Positions 28,790 through 38,581 of a stretch of DNA of 64,000 nucleotides are shown piece after piece. Every line of letters starts with the position of its first letter. Position 1 is the first letter of the stretch. The DNA is from a virus (lineage: Duplodnaviria; Heunggongvirae; Uroviricota; Caudoviricetes): IMG/VR virus record IMGVR_UViG_3300028583_002208; one strand, 5' to 3'. The notes under the pieces were generated by a model. That model worked only from the letters and a program-made list of their open reading frames with translations. It was not told where the DNA came from and made no database searches. The translations under genes were made by a program, and so were the position numbers.

Positions 28790-30343
28790 TTATTCTCCTT
28801 CGATGTGATCAATAATTTCGCCAGTGGATTTATTCTTTTGTACAAGTTTTGTCTTACCTTCTGAAGAAAGTTTTCTTTGCTCAAGTAATATCTCTTTAAT
28901 GGAATCCATTGCGTCCACTAGGTCTTGCTTCTTACCAGATTTATATGCTTTCAGGTTATTATTCAAAATATGATCAATAACACTATCATAAGATTCGATT
29001 ATAACTTCTGCATTATCCTTATCGAACACTTCATAAGGTGCTGTAAAAAGGTTATTGTTTTCAATTGCAGAAGTATCTACTTTGAAAGCTTTACACAATT
29101 TATAAAAATCCATCTTATCGTCATACGATCTTGTCATGTATGCTACAAGAAAGTAAGTATTCATATAAGTCATGGTATCAACGTCATGAAAATCTCCGTG
29201 ACAGTCTGTGTATTCTACACCATTAGAAAGTAATTTTGCAAAGGTATCTATAGTAGCTTGTAAAACTTCTTTAGCCGTAGTACAAGGTTGTAATACTCTA
29301 TAGGCTGCTTGAACACCAAAGTTCATATTGTAACCGCAATCTACTAGATGCCCTAATGCGTTGTAATTATCGGCTTGATCTGAATTCAGAGCAGCTTGTG
29401 CCATTAAGAATTTAAAACCATACCCCTTAAGTTCAGGACTCCCTGATGTGGATACTAATTCTAAATTACCTGCACACTTATCTGTGGCAGGAATAAGCAT
29501 CAGTTGTGGATATTTAAAAGTGCCTTTCAAAGGATTATTCTCACCTGTGTGCAAATCAGCGTTTATAACACCTCCTGCACTATTTAGGGAATCCTTATCT
29601 GACGAAACTAAGACGTAAGATAACCATCCGTTTTTAATATAATTCTTGTAACCCTCAGCTTTATAAAATTCACAAAGGTCATCACACTCTATATTCTCCC
29701 CGTCATAACGACTTACAGGTAACTCTGCTCCTAATTCTTCAACACACCAATCTCTCAACTTCTGTAGTAGTAACGGTCTTAAGGAGTCTACACGATTTCC
29801 TTTGTAAGCTCTCACTGTTGGTAGCTTGTCTCTAAATGTTTTACCTTTACCAAACAGAAGTTTGGTTTTATCTAATCCATACTGAAGCTTAATTTGCTTA
29901 AGCTTTTTGTATACAAGTATCTTAGCCTGTTCCATAGCTTTGTCTTCATCGTACTTTAGTTTTTGTTTTTCCGTGATAACAAAATCTTCGACCTTTAATG
30001 GTTCTAATCCTTCTACTTCCCTCTCTGTGTTAAGTAAGCCCAACCAAGAAGATTCTGAAATCTTTTTACCCTTTCCTTTGAACTCTGTCTTATTCTTCAA
30101 GTCGGCAGTGATGTCTCCACACACTACAGTTATAAACTTATTTTCCATTTGTTGTGCAATTCTATACGCTGGAGTATCAAAATCGAACACTGCAATGGTT
30201 TCGTCTGTTATTACACCTTCTTTACGGGGGTCTTTCACTTGAATCTCAGGAAACAATTTATTATCCGAATCATCTCTTACAAAAGGTTTTTCCTCACCTT
30301 CCACCTTAGGAACATTCCCCATCACAAAACTAAATTCACTCAC
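28790..30343 (-). CDS. FEN / 5'-3' exonuclease (RNase H-like PIN domain), large form
   Basis: 'TIAVFDFDTPAYRIA' (N-terminal Asp cluster) and 'YVLVSSDKDSLNS' match T5-exo/Pol I 5'-nuclease motifs. Confidence 0.55.
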   Translation of the reverse strand: MSEFSFVMGNVPKVEGEEKPFVRDDSDNKLFPEIQVKDPRKEGVITDETIAVFDFDTPAYRIAQQMENKFITVVCGDITADLKNKTEFKGKGKKISESSWLGLLNTEREVEGLEPLKVEDFVITEKQKLKYDEDKAMEQAKILVYKKLKQIKLQYGLDKTKLLFGKGKTFRDKLPTVRAYKGNRVDSLRPLLLQKLRDWCVEELGAELPVSRYDGENIECDDLCEFYKAEGYKNYIKNGWLSYVLVSSDKDSLNSAGGVINADLHTGENNPLKGTFKYPQLMLIPATDKCAGNLELVSTSGSPELKGYGFKFLMAQAALNSDQADNYNALGHLVDCGYNMNFGVQAAYRVLQPCTTAKEVLQATIDTFAKLLSNGVEYTDCHGDFHDVDTMTYMNTYFLVAYMTRSYDDKMDFYKLCKAFKVDTSAIENNNLFTAPYEVFDKDNAEVIIESYDSVIDHILNNNLKAYKSGKKQDLVDAMDSIKEILLEQRKLSSEGKTKLVQKNKSTGEIIDHIEGE

Positions 30344-30761
30344 TAAACACCCCCTTTAAAATTTCTCTCTGTTGCTGCCCATCTATCCACTTTCTGGCAA
30401 TTATATACGCTTTTACCAAAATAGTCTTCTCTTCTGAAGTGTTGTAAATTTCAGGGTAAATACCTATACCTCCAAAATCTTCACTGTGAAAAAGTAATTC
30501 TACTTCACCAAAACTAAATTTATAAGTGTAGTTATCTACTTTCTCCAAGTCTTCTGGACAATCCAAAATAGATTCCACCACTTCCCAAATAGGAGAACTA
30601 ATTTCAGATAAGTGTTTCTCCACTTCTGCGGCTTGTTCTTCTTTGGTTAAATGAATCTGCCTACTCCAAAGGTTTGTCCAATGGTACTCTAGTTTAAATT
30701 GTTTAGCCACTTCTGCTGAAAAATAATCTTCTGCTAATTTACGTGCCTTTGGTGTAATCAT
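30336..30761 (-). CDS. hypothetical protein
   Basis: 141-aa ORF. Confidence 0.4.
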   Translation of the reverse strand: MITPKARKLAEDYFSAEVAKQFKLEYHWTNLWSRQIHLTKEEQAAEVEKHLSEISSPIWEVVESILDCPEDLEKVDNYTYKFSFGEVELLFHSEDFGGIGIYPEIYNTSEEKTILVKAYIIARKWIDGQQQREILKGVFSE

Positions 30762-31527
30762 TCTCCACTCTCCATTTCCATAACAGAAAAAATATGGTCA
30801 ACATGTTTACATAACTTTTTCCACTCTTTCTTATTTAAACAAGGTAAAGTTTGGGCAGGGATATCTTCTTCTTTGTAAGATATCTGCACATAACCACCTA
30901 CTTCAACCCATTCTTCTATTTCAAAATGTCCATCTTCTGTCTGTACTTTAATTTCAATCATAATACATCCTATACAATAAAATAAATACTAACCATCTCA
31001 CCTATAGTGTTTGAAAAACTCTCGTAAAACCCGAATAGATTACCTTTCTTGTCGTAATAACTTGTCTTGTAGTGAAAGTCGCTCACTTCTATAATCTTTT
31101 TATCGTAAGCTGTTTTGTCAATATCTATCCAATCTTCTCTACTCACTAATTTCACAATAACACCTCTTTCAAAATTTCAATAAACCTTTCCTTGATATTC
31201 CTTGCAGCAAACAATTCCTCTGCTGTTAAATGACAACCAGTATAGAAATGGTATTTTTCTAAACGTTCAACCACTTCCGCAAACTGGTTATCCTTTTCCT
31301 TCCAAGCTGCTTCTGCTGCAAGGTATTTCTCTTGGTAACATCCGTCATCTTCTATAAAGGAGATTTCTTCCCACCAAGTATTAAAATCATTTTTCATAAT
31401 TATAACCCCTTCCACCAATCACCACTTGCAGAAGTATCATTTTGGGTAAAGTAATTATCGCTACTGTGGTAATAGTTGTTGAACAAGGTGAATAACTTTT
31501 TCATAATAGTTTCCTTTTAAGGTAGTA

Positions 31528-31558
31528 GCCCTTCCCAAAAGTGGAAGGGCTTTTGTTG
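31528..31558. terminator. GC-rich hairpin with T-run, downstream of the SPFH gene
   Basis: agcccttcc-caaaagt-ggaagggct, then tttgtt. It is a perfect intrinsic terminator on the plus strand and a weaker one on the minus strand. Confidence 0.4.
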
Positions 31559-31559
31559 G

Positions 31560-32423
31560 TTACTGTTTACCAAACATGCGATTGCTTACACCCGAAGAGT
31601 TACCAAATTCAACAGGGACATACACTGTACCGTCACCTGCATTCTCTGCTAAAGTTTGCTGTACTTCTAGTTGCTTGAGTTGTAATAGTGCTGGTGTAAT
31701 ACCTTCTGCTAACATTTTATTCTCGTCACGGATAGTTTTTGCTTTAGTCATACGTACTTGGTATTCAGCTTCAGCGATCAACCGATCATTCTCCTTCTTG
31801 GTAAGCTCAATTTCACGGTTAGCCTCTTCCTTCGTAATAGCAAGCCTACGTTCCTCAGCAGCTTCAATAGCCTTTGTAACAACATCAGGGTACTGGATAT
31901 TACCGACTGCAACACTACTAATTTCCAGAGGTGTATTTGTTAAAGAAGTTATTAACACTTTACTAATCTCACCTGATAATCGAGCGTAATTCTTATGAAC
32001 ATCATCTACAGAATATTGACTTACAATCTCACGAACTTTATTCTGAACTGCCATCTTACCATAAACTGCATACACTTCACGGAATTGTACTAATTTATCT
32101 GGACCTGCTGTAATATCATTAAACATTGCGTTCAAAGTGTTCTTATCACCTTTCAATCGACCTTGGAAACGGACTTCAACACGAAGGGTTAGCTTATCCT
32201 TCAACACAACTTTTACGTTTTCAGTGTACGTGTCCGTCTTTGTCTCAATAAGAACCAACTCTTCTCGCATACCTTCCCAATATTTACCTGATGGTAGGAT
32301 TTCTGGCTGATAACCACTCGGTGTTAAAAGTTTACCTACGTGGGCTGGTGGTACAGTTACTGGACTACAACCTGATAACACCATTGCACCTACTAATACA
32401 AACATTGCCATAACTTTATTCAT
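31560..32423 (-). CDS. SPFH/band-7 (prohibitin/HflC-like) lipoprotein
   Basis: Lipoprotein signal 'MNKVMAMFVLVGAMVLSGCSP', then an SPFH domain and the coiled-coil 'KAIEAAEERRLAITKEEANREIELTKKENDRLIAEAEYQ'. Confidence 0.75.
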   Translation of the reverse strand: MNKVMAMFVLVGAMVLSGCSPVTVPPAHVGKLLTPSGYQPEILPSGKYWEGMREELVLIETKTDTYTENVKVVLKDKLTLRVEVRFQGRLKGDKNTLNAMFNDITAGPDKLVQFREVYAVYGKMAVQNKVREIVSQYSVDDVHKNYARLSGEISKVLITSLTNTPLEISSVAVGNIQYPDVVTKAIEAAEERRLAITKEEANREIELTKKENDRLIAEAEYQVRMTKAKTIRDENKMLAEGITPALLQLKQLEVQQTLAENAGDGTVYVPVEFGNSSGVSNRMFGKQ

Positions 32424-32721
32424 TGATACTCTCCTCTGTTAATTTACTTTCTTGTTTAAGTTTTTCAAGCTTCTGCGCTTGCTTTTCTTCAAAAGATACA
32501 CTTTCCACAATAACCTTTTCAGGTAATGGTGCTGGTGTAGATGTGAACCTTGAGTTGCTGGGTGTTTCCATTACAACAGGTGAAGTGAACCAAAATACAA
32601 CAACTGCTAGTCCTGTAACAACCAAACTTTTGTACATCTTCTTTGTGTAAAAGATATAACCTAAATAGCAAATAACTAATGTTGCCACGATTTGCATTAT
32701 ATCAAAATAATTAAAACTCAA
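32416..32721 (-). CDS. Small two-TM membrane protein, candidate NfeD-like partner of the SPFH protein
   Basis: Two hydrophobic helices (IMQIVATLVICYLGYIFY; LVVTGLAVVVFWFTSPVV). Its stop overlaps the SPFH start, suggesting translational coupling. Confidence 0.4.
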   Translation of the reverse strand: MSFNYFDIMQIVATLVICYLGYIFYTKKMYKSLVVTGLAVVVFWFTSPVVMETPSNSRFTSTPAPLPEKVIVESVSFEEKQAQKLEKLKQESKLTEESINE

Positions 32722-32782
32722 CTTCCTCTCCTCTTCAAAATAGAGACCCCATATTACAGAAGTCTCACCTTCATGTCAAATG

Positions 32783-33667
32783 TTATTTTACAATAACTTC
32801 TTCCAAACGATTAATCACATCAAACACCACTGGCAATTGTAATTGATACTGTGTCAAAAAGTTAACACTGTCCGAAGTATCCTCATCTGGTTTAAATTTT
32901 AAATCTTCTAAAAACTTAACCGACTCAATTGATAAAGTGTTCGTCACATCACACTCAAATATTCCGTCGAATTCGATTTGTACGCTTTTGACCACATTAC
33001 CTAAATCAGTCACCAATGATAAAATCTCATCCACTGCTGGGTAAGTTTTAGAAACTTTAATTGTAGAAGAAGATGGTTTTTTATCAAGAACACTCTTCTT
33101 ACCTAGTGATACCTTTTCCACAAGAGTGAACGGGTCAGGAAGATTCTTACGTTCATCTAATAGGAAATCTGTTAGGATAGTTTCCGTTGCAACAGGTTCT
33201 GTTGAAAGTAATTCCAATTCAGAATAATCACCTTCGAAACAAGATAACAAATCTCCCATAATCATATCAGCAAAGTTACGTGCTTCTGCAATCACCACTT
33301 TGCCCGTAGAGTTGTCAACAGCCACGATAGCAGCCTTTGAAGTATAACCAGTGTATTGCATTAACTCAAGGCGTTTCTCCTCTTGTACCGCGTTGTAGGT
33401 ATCTTCATCTTGTGGTAAAGCTTTGTCTTCTATATGGGCAGCAGTTTGTTCTGCTAAAATAGTTTTATCTGGCTCTTTTCGAGAAGTGAATCGAATTTTG
33501 GCAACTTGGTAACCATTTACGTCTTGGATGTACGTTTCATCGAAAAGTGGATCAAATGAAACTAAAGTGGTTTGTTCTTTTGTAAGGGTGTTGACAGTTT
33601 TAGCAAGGATTGCTTCTTCGTTTAATTGGATATCACCTTTGAAATTGTACACTGCGAATTTTTTCAT
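32783..33667 (-). CDS. Possible RdgC-like recombination-associated protein
   Basis: 294 aa, an RdgC-like size. The N-terminus 'MKKFAVYNFKGDI' parallels RdgC 'MLWFKNLMVYRL'. Acidic. No decisive motif. Confidence 0.3.
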   Translation of the reverse strand: MKKFAVYNFKGDIQLNEEAILAKTVNTLTKEQTTLVSFDPLFDETYIQDVNGYQVAKIRFTSRKEPDKTILAEQTAAHIEDKALPQDEDTYNAVQEEKRLELMQYTGYTSKAAIVAVDNSTGKVVIAEARNFADMIMGDLLSCFEGDYSELELLSTEPVATETILTDFLLDERKNLPDPFTLVEKVSLGKKSVLDKKPSSSTIKVSKTYPAVDEILSLVTDLGNVVKSVQIEFDGIFECDVTNTLSIESVKFLEDLKFKPDEDTSDSVNFLTQYQLQLPVVFDVINRLEEVIVK

Positions 33668-34023
33668 AAATATTATTCTCCTATTTGATTATCAACTTTA
33701 AGCTAAATCTATTCTGCAATTTCGGACGAGGATGTATGCTTCCTCTATCTTATGCAAATCTTCTAAACTTTCTATTTCTAGTGTATCCTCTATCTCTAAG
33801 AATTTATCTTGGAAATGTTCTACTACACCTTCTAGGTAATCTAGTATCTCCTCTTTCTGCTCATCAGATACTTCTTCGTTAAAAGGTATTCCTGATAAAA
33901 TTTCATATCTATTCATAAAAACATCCTATTTGATTGTATTATCCTTCTATTCTACAGGAAGGAGATATTTTGTAAAGGGTTATTTGCAACAAATTTCCGA
34001 TTATTTGTGGTCAATTCTGTGAT

Positions 34024-34239
34024 CTACCACTTCTTCTTACTTGGATCAAAGAACCAAAATCCAATTCCGAAAAGTATGATTGATATTGCCATATGGAGTA
34101 ACCACCAACCAAAGTTTGTTGCTGCGATAGTGAAAAACCCTTGATCAGTTTTAACCAATTCATAAATTGCGTGACCAATCCAAAATAGGTTACCTGATAT
34201 TAAACCTAACCAACCCATTGCAATCATTAAAATTCTCAT
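34024..34239 (-). CDS. Small membrane protein
   Basis: 71 aa with two predicted TM helices. Confidence 0.4.
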   Translation of the reverse strand: MRILMIAMGWLGLISGNLFWIGHAIYELVKTDQGFFTIAATNFGWWLLHMAISIILFGIGFWFFDPSKKKW

Positions 34240-34254
34240 CCTATTCTCCTATAA

Positions 34255-34443
34255 TTAATCGTTACCAGTGTAAGAACTTTTAAACAACACCGATGATAAA
34301 ATTGAAATCCAAATACTGTCCAAAAAGGTTACATCTGGTAGATTGAAAAACTTCACCATAACGTCATCCCATAGACAATAGATGATTGTTGGGCAAATTA
34401 GAAGTATTGCCATAACCGTGATTAAAATTCCGATAATTTTCAT
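34255..34443 (-). CDS. Small membrane protein
   Basis: 62 aa and hydrophobic. Confidence 0.35.
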   Translation of the reverse strand: MKIIGILITVMAILLICPTIIYCLWDDVMVKFFNLPDVTFLDSIWISILSSVLFKSSYTGND

Positions 34444-34454
34444 AAACTTTTCTC

Positions 34455-34787
34455 CTACAAGTAATTTTCATTTAAAACTAATTCAAAACCGTCTGTGGTG
34501 CATTTATACCCTTCTATACGTGATCCACAATTTCCTTCGTATGCTAGAAATAATTCTTCATCCCCATCCATTGTAAAATCACCACCTTTGTAACCTGTGA
34601 ATGTTTCACCAACTGCATTTGCTAAACAATCCATCATTTCGGTAACAGGCACTTCACCACAAGGTTCTACTGCCAAATTGTCATAACTTCCACGATAGCT
34701 GTGTGCATTGGTGAATCCATTTTCAAAAACTGTATCCTTTGGTAATTCGGATAGCATATCATAAATTTCATATACTGTTGCGTACAT
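34455..34787 (-). CDS. hypothetical protein
   Basis: 110-aa ORF. RBS AAGGAGAG lies immediately downstream of the hairpin. Confidence 0.45.
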   Translation of the reverse strand: MYATVYEIYDMLSELPKDTVFENGFTNAHSYRGSYDNLAVEPCGEVPVTEMMDCLANAVGETFTGYKGGDFTMDGDEELFLAYEGNCGSRIEGYKCTTDGFELVLNENYL

Positions 34788-34806
34788 TGTTCTCTCCTTT
34801 TAAAAT

Positions 34807-34838
34807 GGAAGCTCTTAACACTTTGGATAAGAGCTTCC
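34807..34838 (-). terminator. Hairpin (terminator/5'-UTR stem-loop), copy 1 of a repeated cassette
   Basis: ggaagctctta...taagagcttcc (11-bp stem), followed on the minus strand by CCAUUUU and then the RBS. Confidence 0.45.
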
Positions 34839-34854
34839 TTGTTGCGATAGGTGT

Positions 34855-34883
34855 ATCTTAGTGGAGGGGTGGGTTGTTGTCAA
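34855..34883 (-). promoter_or_regulatory. sigma70-like promoter (minus), copy 1 of the repeated cassette
   Basis: Minus: TTGACA (plus 34878-34883), 17-nt spacer, TAAGAT (plus 34855-34860). It sits in the conserved block 'gggttgttgtcaaggg'. Confidence 0.4.
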
Positions 34884-34900
34884 GGGTTTGTTTAAAAACT

Positions 34901-36502
34901 TTAGAGCTGTGCCTTCCACTTACCATTTTTAATAGTGATAATACACCGTTTACCATTACTGTAGGTTATAATGTGACTATTACTCCATGAAGATCCTCCT
35001 TTATTGTACCCCATATCGAGACAACCACTTACCCCCGCAGTGTAAACCCCGTCTTTTATCCCTGCTGAATGAGTATGACCTGTGTTGAACCTTCCGCCTT
35101 GCATTTGGAAAGCTCTTACACCGCCTCTGGCACCATTATTTCCAACGTGCCCATGTTGACCACACTCTATATCTCCACATATTTTGAAGCTTTCATCCTC
35201 CGACAAGAATATCACGTCATCTAAGTTATCATTGACTAAATTACAGGCAGTTTTGAATGTGTGCAATTTTCTACCCTCATCCATAGCATAATAATTTTGA
35301 AGCTGCAGTTCTAAGAAGAAGATAGCATTAACAGGGTCATTTTTATAATCCTGTTCCCTGAGGTATTTTTCTAAAGCTAAGTCATGGTTCGACTCAACTA
35401 CAACCACCTTTTCACAAACTTTATTCATTTCTTCTATAAGGTTGGCAGTTAAGGTTACTTCATCTTTAACACTCTCTGTACCTTTCTTGTACATCTGAAA
35501 CTTGAAGTAAGGGTCTTTGATATTGTGGTGATTGCGTGATTGCTGGTCGAAAACATCATGTAAGAACACGTAGTTAGGTAAAAGTTCACTTGCCATACTA
35601 TCAGTTCTCTTACCCCAACTAATATCTGCTACAACAGGGTCTAACTTAGCGGTATGAATATCACCCCAATTTATAGATTCCACACAGTAAGGTTCTTGTT
35701 CTTTACCCTCGGGAGTATAGTACCAACCTAAATCGAAGAATTTACCTGTCTCTGATTCTGCTACCAGTTGTCTAACAAACCAATCGCCATCACTGTCAAT
35801 CTCTACAACCAAAGCGCTAAACACATGATTATGAGATGCTTTCTGTCCTGCTTTCATTTTAACGTAGTTACGTTGGGTTACCGTGCCTGTTGTATACATC
35901 ATCTTTGCTGGATCATTCTTAGGTGTTGGCAGACTCTCCAATTGCAACTTGGCGTGAGGTATGATAGCGGAATCTTTATTGGTGTAGTTTTGTAACCCTG
36001 AAATAGGATTAACTGCAGTAGGTAATATATTCAACTCCCCGCAATAAATCAATTGATCCGCAAGTACACAACTTTCATCTAAAATATAATCACGTATTTT
36101 AGGATCGAACCACACTTCCTCAGATTTACCATTCTGGAAACCGTTCTTATTATAATGATATGTTCCTACAATTAATTCTGCGTCTTCTTCTTCACAGTAG
36201 TGCAATAAGCTTCTCAAGAATTTATCATGTACATAAGTATTATTTTGTGCAGAAGTTATTACAAACTTGTTACCGCTAAGGATTTTCCTCTTTGTAGTAG
36301 GACAAACCACTTCACCACTAGCAACAGGTTTATCCTCATAAGACTCCCAAAAATCAGTATAAGTTTCTTTACGTAAAAAATCACCTATCGTAGATTTACC
36401 TACACCATACATTTCTGCAATATACCTACTGCTCCGTTTCTCTTGATAAGTTAGTCGTAAAATCTCCACCAACTCATCATTTGAAAAAATAGTTTTACTC
36501 AA
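34901..36502 (-). CDS. N-terminal HTH domain fused to a calcineurin-like metallophosphoesterase
   Basis: 'SSRYIAEMYGVGKSTIGDFLRK' is a sigma-r4/transposase-like HTH. Later come 'INWGDIHTAKLDP', 'VVVVESNHD' and 'GHTHSAG', the GDxH / GNHD / GHxH metallophosphoesterase motifs. Confidence 0.55.
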   Translation of the reverse strand: MSKTIFSNDELVEILRLTYQEKRSSRYIAEMYGVGKSTIGDFLRKETYTDFWESYEDKPVASGEVVCPTTKRKILSGNKFVITSAQNNTYVHDKFLRSLLHYCEEEDAELIVGTYHYNKNGFQNGKSEEVWFDPKIRDYILDESCVLADQLIYCGELNILPTAVNPISGLQNYTNKDSAIIPHAKLQLESLPTPKNDPAKMMYTTGTVTQRNYVKMKAGQKASHNHVFSALVVEIDSDGDWFVRQLVAESETGKFFDLGWYYTPEGKEQEPYCVESINWGDIHTAKLDPVVADISWGKRTDSMASELLPNYVFLHDVFDQQSRNHHNIKDPYFKFQMYKKGTESVKDEVTLTANLIEEMNKVCEKVVVVESNHDLALEKYLREQDYKNDPVNAIFFLELQLQNYYAMDEGRKLHTFKTACNLVNDNLDDVIFLSEDESFKICGDIECGQHGHVGNNGARGGVRAFQMQGGRFNTGHTHSAGIKDGVYTAGVSGCLDMGYNKGGSSWSNSHIITYSNGKRCIITIKNGKWKAQL

Positions 36503-36710
36503 ATCTTCTCTCCCCTTCAGTTATTCTAACAAAAGTTCCCACTTTGGTGAATGATAAAACTCACTCTCAGAACCATCTTCATACAAAAACTTAACACTGG
36601 TATCTTCCATATCACCATCAAAAATAGTAAACATTACTTTAACTATATCACACCCCATAAAAGTAATACCTGTATCCTCTATAGGTATCCATTCATCAAG
36701 TCTATACAAA

Positions 36711-37139
36711 TCAATCCTCTCTCATAAAAGTTCTTTGCACAACAGTGATCACTTCCTCAGATTGCACCTTTACAAACTCAGCATCCCCAATCCAATCAAT
36801 AGCCTCTGGTTCAGCATGTTTACCACCACCATACCAATAGTTCCAACCTATCCACTTACCATCAATCTCTTTTACAACGTAGTCCACTTCATAATGACGA
36901 GAATAACTTTTAGGAAGTATATTACACTCTTCACCCGAACTACGATAATCTTGATATACTTCATAAACAACATCACTTGGGTAATCCGTATCTGAAAGAT
37001 ATTCCTCTGGGTCATTGTAAATTTCCGAAGCATTATCCAATGTCAACTCACCGTTAAGGGTGACATCTCCCCAAGCAAGCACTTCTTCAATAATACCTTT
37101 GTGAATGTAATCCTGTGGTGTAAGTTTTCTATTGCTCAA
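36711..37139 (-). CDS. hypothetical protein
   Basis: 142 aa with W/G-rich 'WIGWNYWYGGGKH'. Confidence 0.4.
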   Translation of the reverse strand: MSNRKLTPQDYIHKGIIEEVLAWGDVTLNGELTLDNASEIYNDPEEYLSDTDYPSDVVYEVYQDYRSSGEECNILPKSYSRHYEVDYVVKEIDGKWIGWNYWYGGGKHAEPEAIDWIGDAEFVKVQSEEVITVVQRTFMRED

Positions 37140-38302
37140 ATTATTTCTCCTGTTTAAGCTTAGTCATAAACCTGTGAGGGTATATTAAATCGTCAATAAT
37201 ACCATTCCTTAAATACCCATAGACCGATGCTTGAAAATCTGTTACTTTAGATACCCATATGGTATCATCTGGTGTGTTTAAAACGTAATCTATCCTACCC
37301 ATAGATTCTTTTAACAGTTCTTCCAATATATCTTCTCTTGTCATAATCACTCTCCTCTAACCTACCCTATTTGACACTTTAACCCCTATTTCCGCAGCTA
37401 AAGTGCCATATTTGTCACATTAAGAATTCCCTACGTAAACACAATCCTAGGCACAAGTAGTTTTAAATTCTGGAAATAAAGACTCAATTTCCTCATAATC
37501 ACCATTGTGCCAAAGTTCCAAGAATAACTTTACGTGATATGTGTTCAATTCTAACGCAAACTCAATCGCTTTGTTATAAACATTACACACTTCCTCAATA
37601 TCACTACCCACTATCATCTTCTTTATAATCTTTATACTCTTGTAAAAACCACTCATACGCAGATTCTGTACTTCTAACAACTTTCTTCTTTTCTTCCCAA
37701 TTGGAAATCGCTTTACGAAGGTTTTCTTCTGCTAATTCCACCTCTTGTTCCGAAAGGATCATCTCCTGCTCAGCATCCTGTAATTCTCCCAAAACACCCT
37801 CCAAGTCAATTACTAATATGTTATAAAGGTTTTGTTCCTCTTCGGATAATGTCCTTTCTTTTTCAGATGGATTATTCTTCCTCGAAGGTGATCTCATCCG
37901 AAATCTCCTCTTCCACCTCATTAGACTTTTCTAAATTGGCAGTGATATCTTTCAAATGAGAAACAATTCTCTCACGTAAATCCTCTGGTGTCAATACTTC
38001 CTCTTCTTCTGAAGCTTGTTCATCCATTACACCCGCTAGGTACATTTGTTCCAAAGTAAATAAGAATTGTTCTGTGCTTGCTGTTATTTCTTTTGTCAAA
38101 ATATTTCTCCTATTGTTAATAATGTTATTGTTTAATTGGTTTAGCTAGTGAAAAACGTTCCACATCTTTTTCGAATTGATCTGCCACTTTTGAAACAACA
38201 GATTCAATGTTCACAGTAGAAACCCCTTTCTTCCCATCGGAATATGCTTTCACATAAAGTTGTTCTGCCACATAAAGTAACACCTCTTTTGAAACTTGAA
38301 TC

Positions 38303-38581
38303 TTATTTTGCATTAATTTTCTCCTTCTTAAAAATTTTACTCACCCACATCGCAATAAAGCAACCTAACGCTCCACCAGTCCCTGTGCTTAACACTAACC
38401 ACACTTTATCCAAATCTGATGTAGCTATCATATGAATAACATAAACCTCGCACAAAGCTATACATAGGCTTGTAGGAAGTATCAACCACCATTGACTATT
38501 TGTTATATTGATCACCTGCATGGAACGGAAACTCACATAACCTGCAGATGCCAACATTTGAATAAAGAATAATGTTATCAC
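38303..38581 (-). CDS. Small membrane protein
   Basis: 92 aa with three hydrophobic segments. Confidence 0.35.
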   Translation of the reverse strand: MITLFFIQMLASAGYVSFRSMQVINITNSQWWLILPTSLCIALCEVYVIHMIATSDLDKVWLVLSTGTGGALGCFIAMWVSKIFKKEKINAK

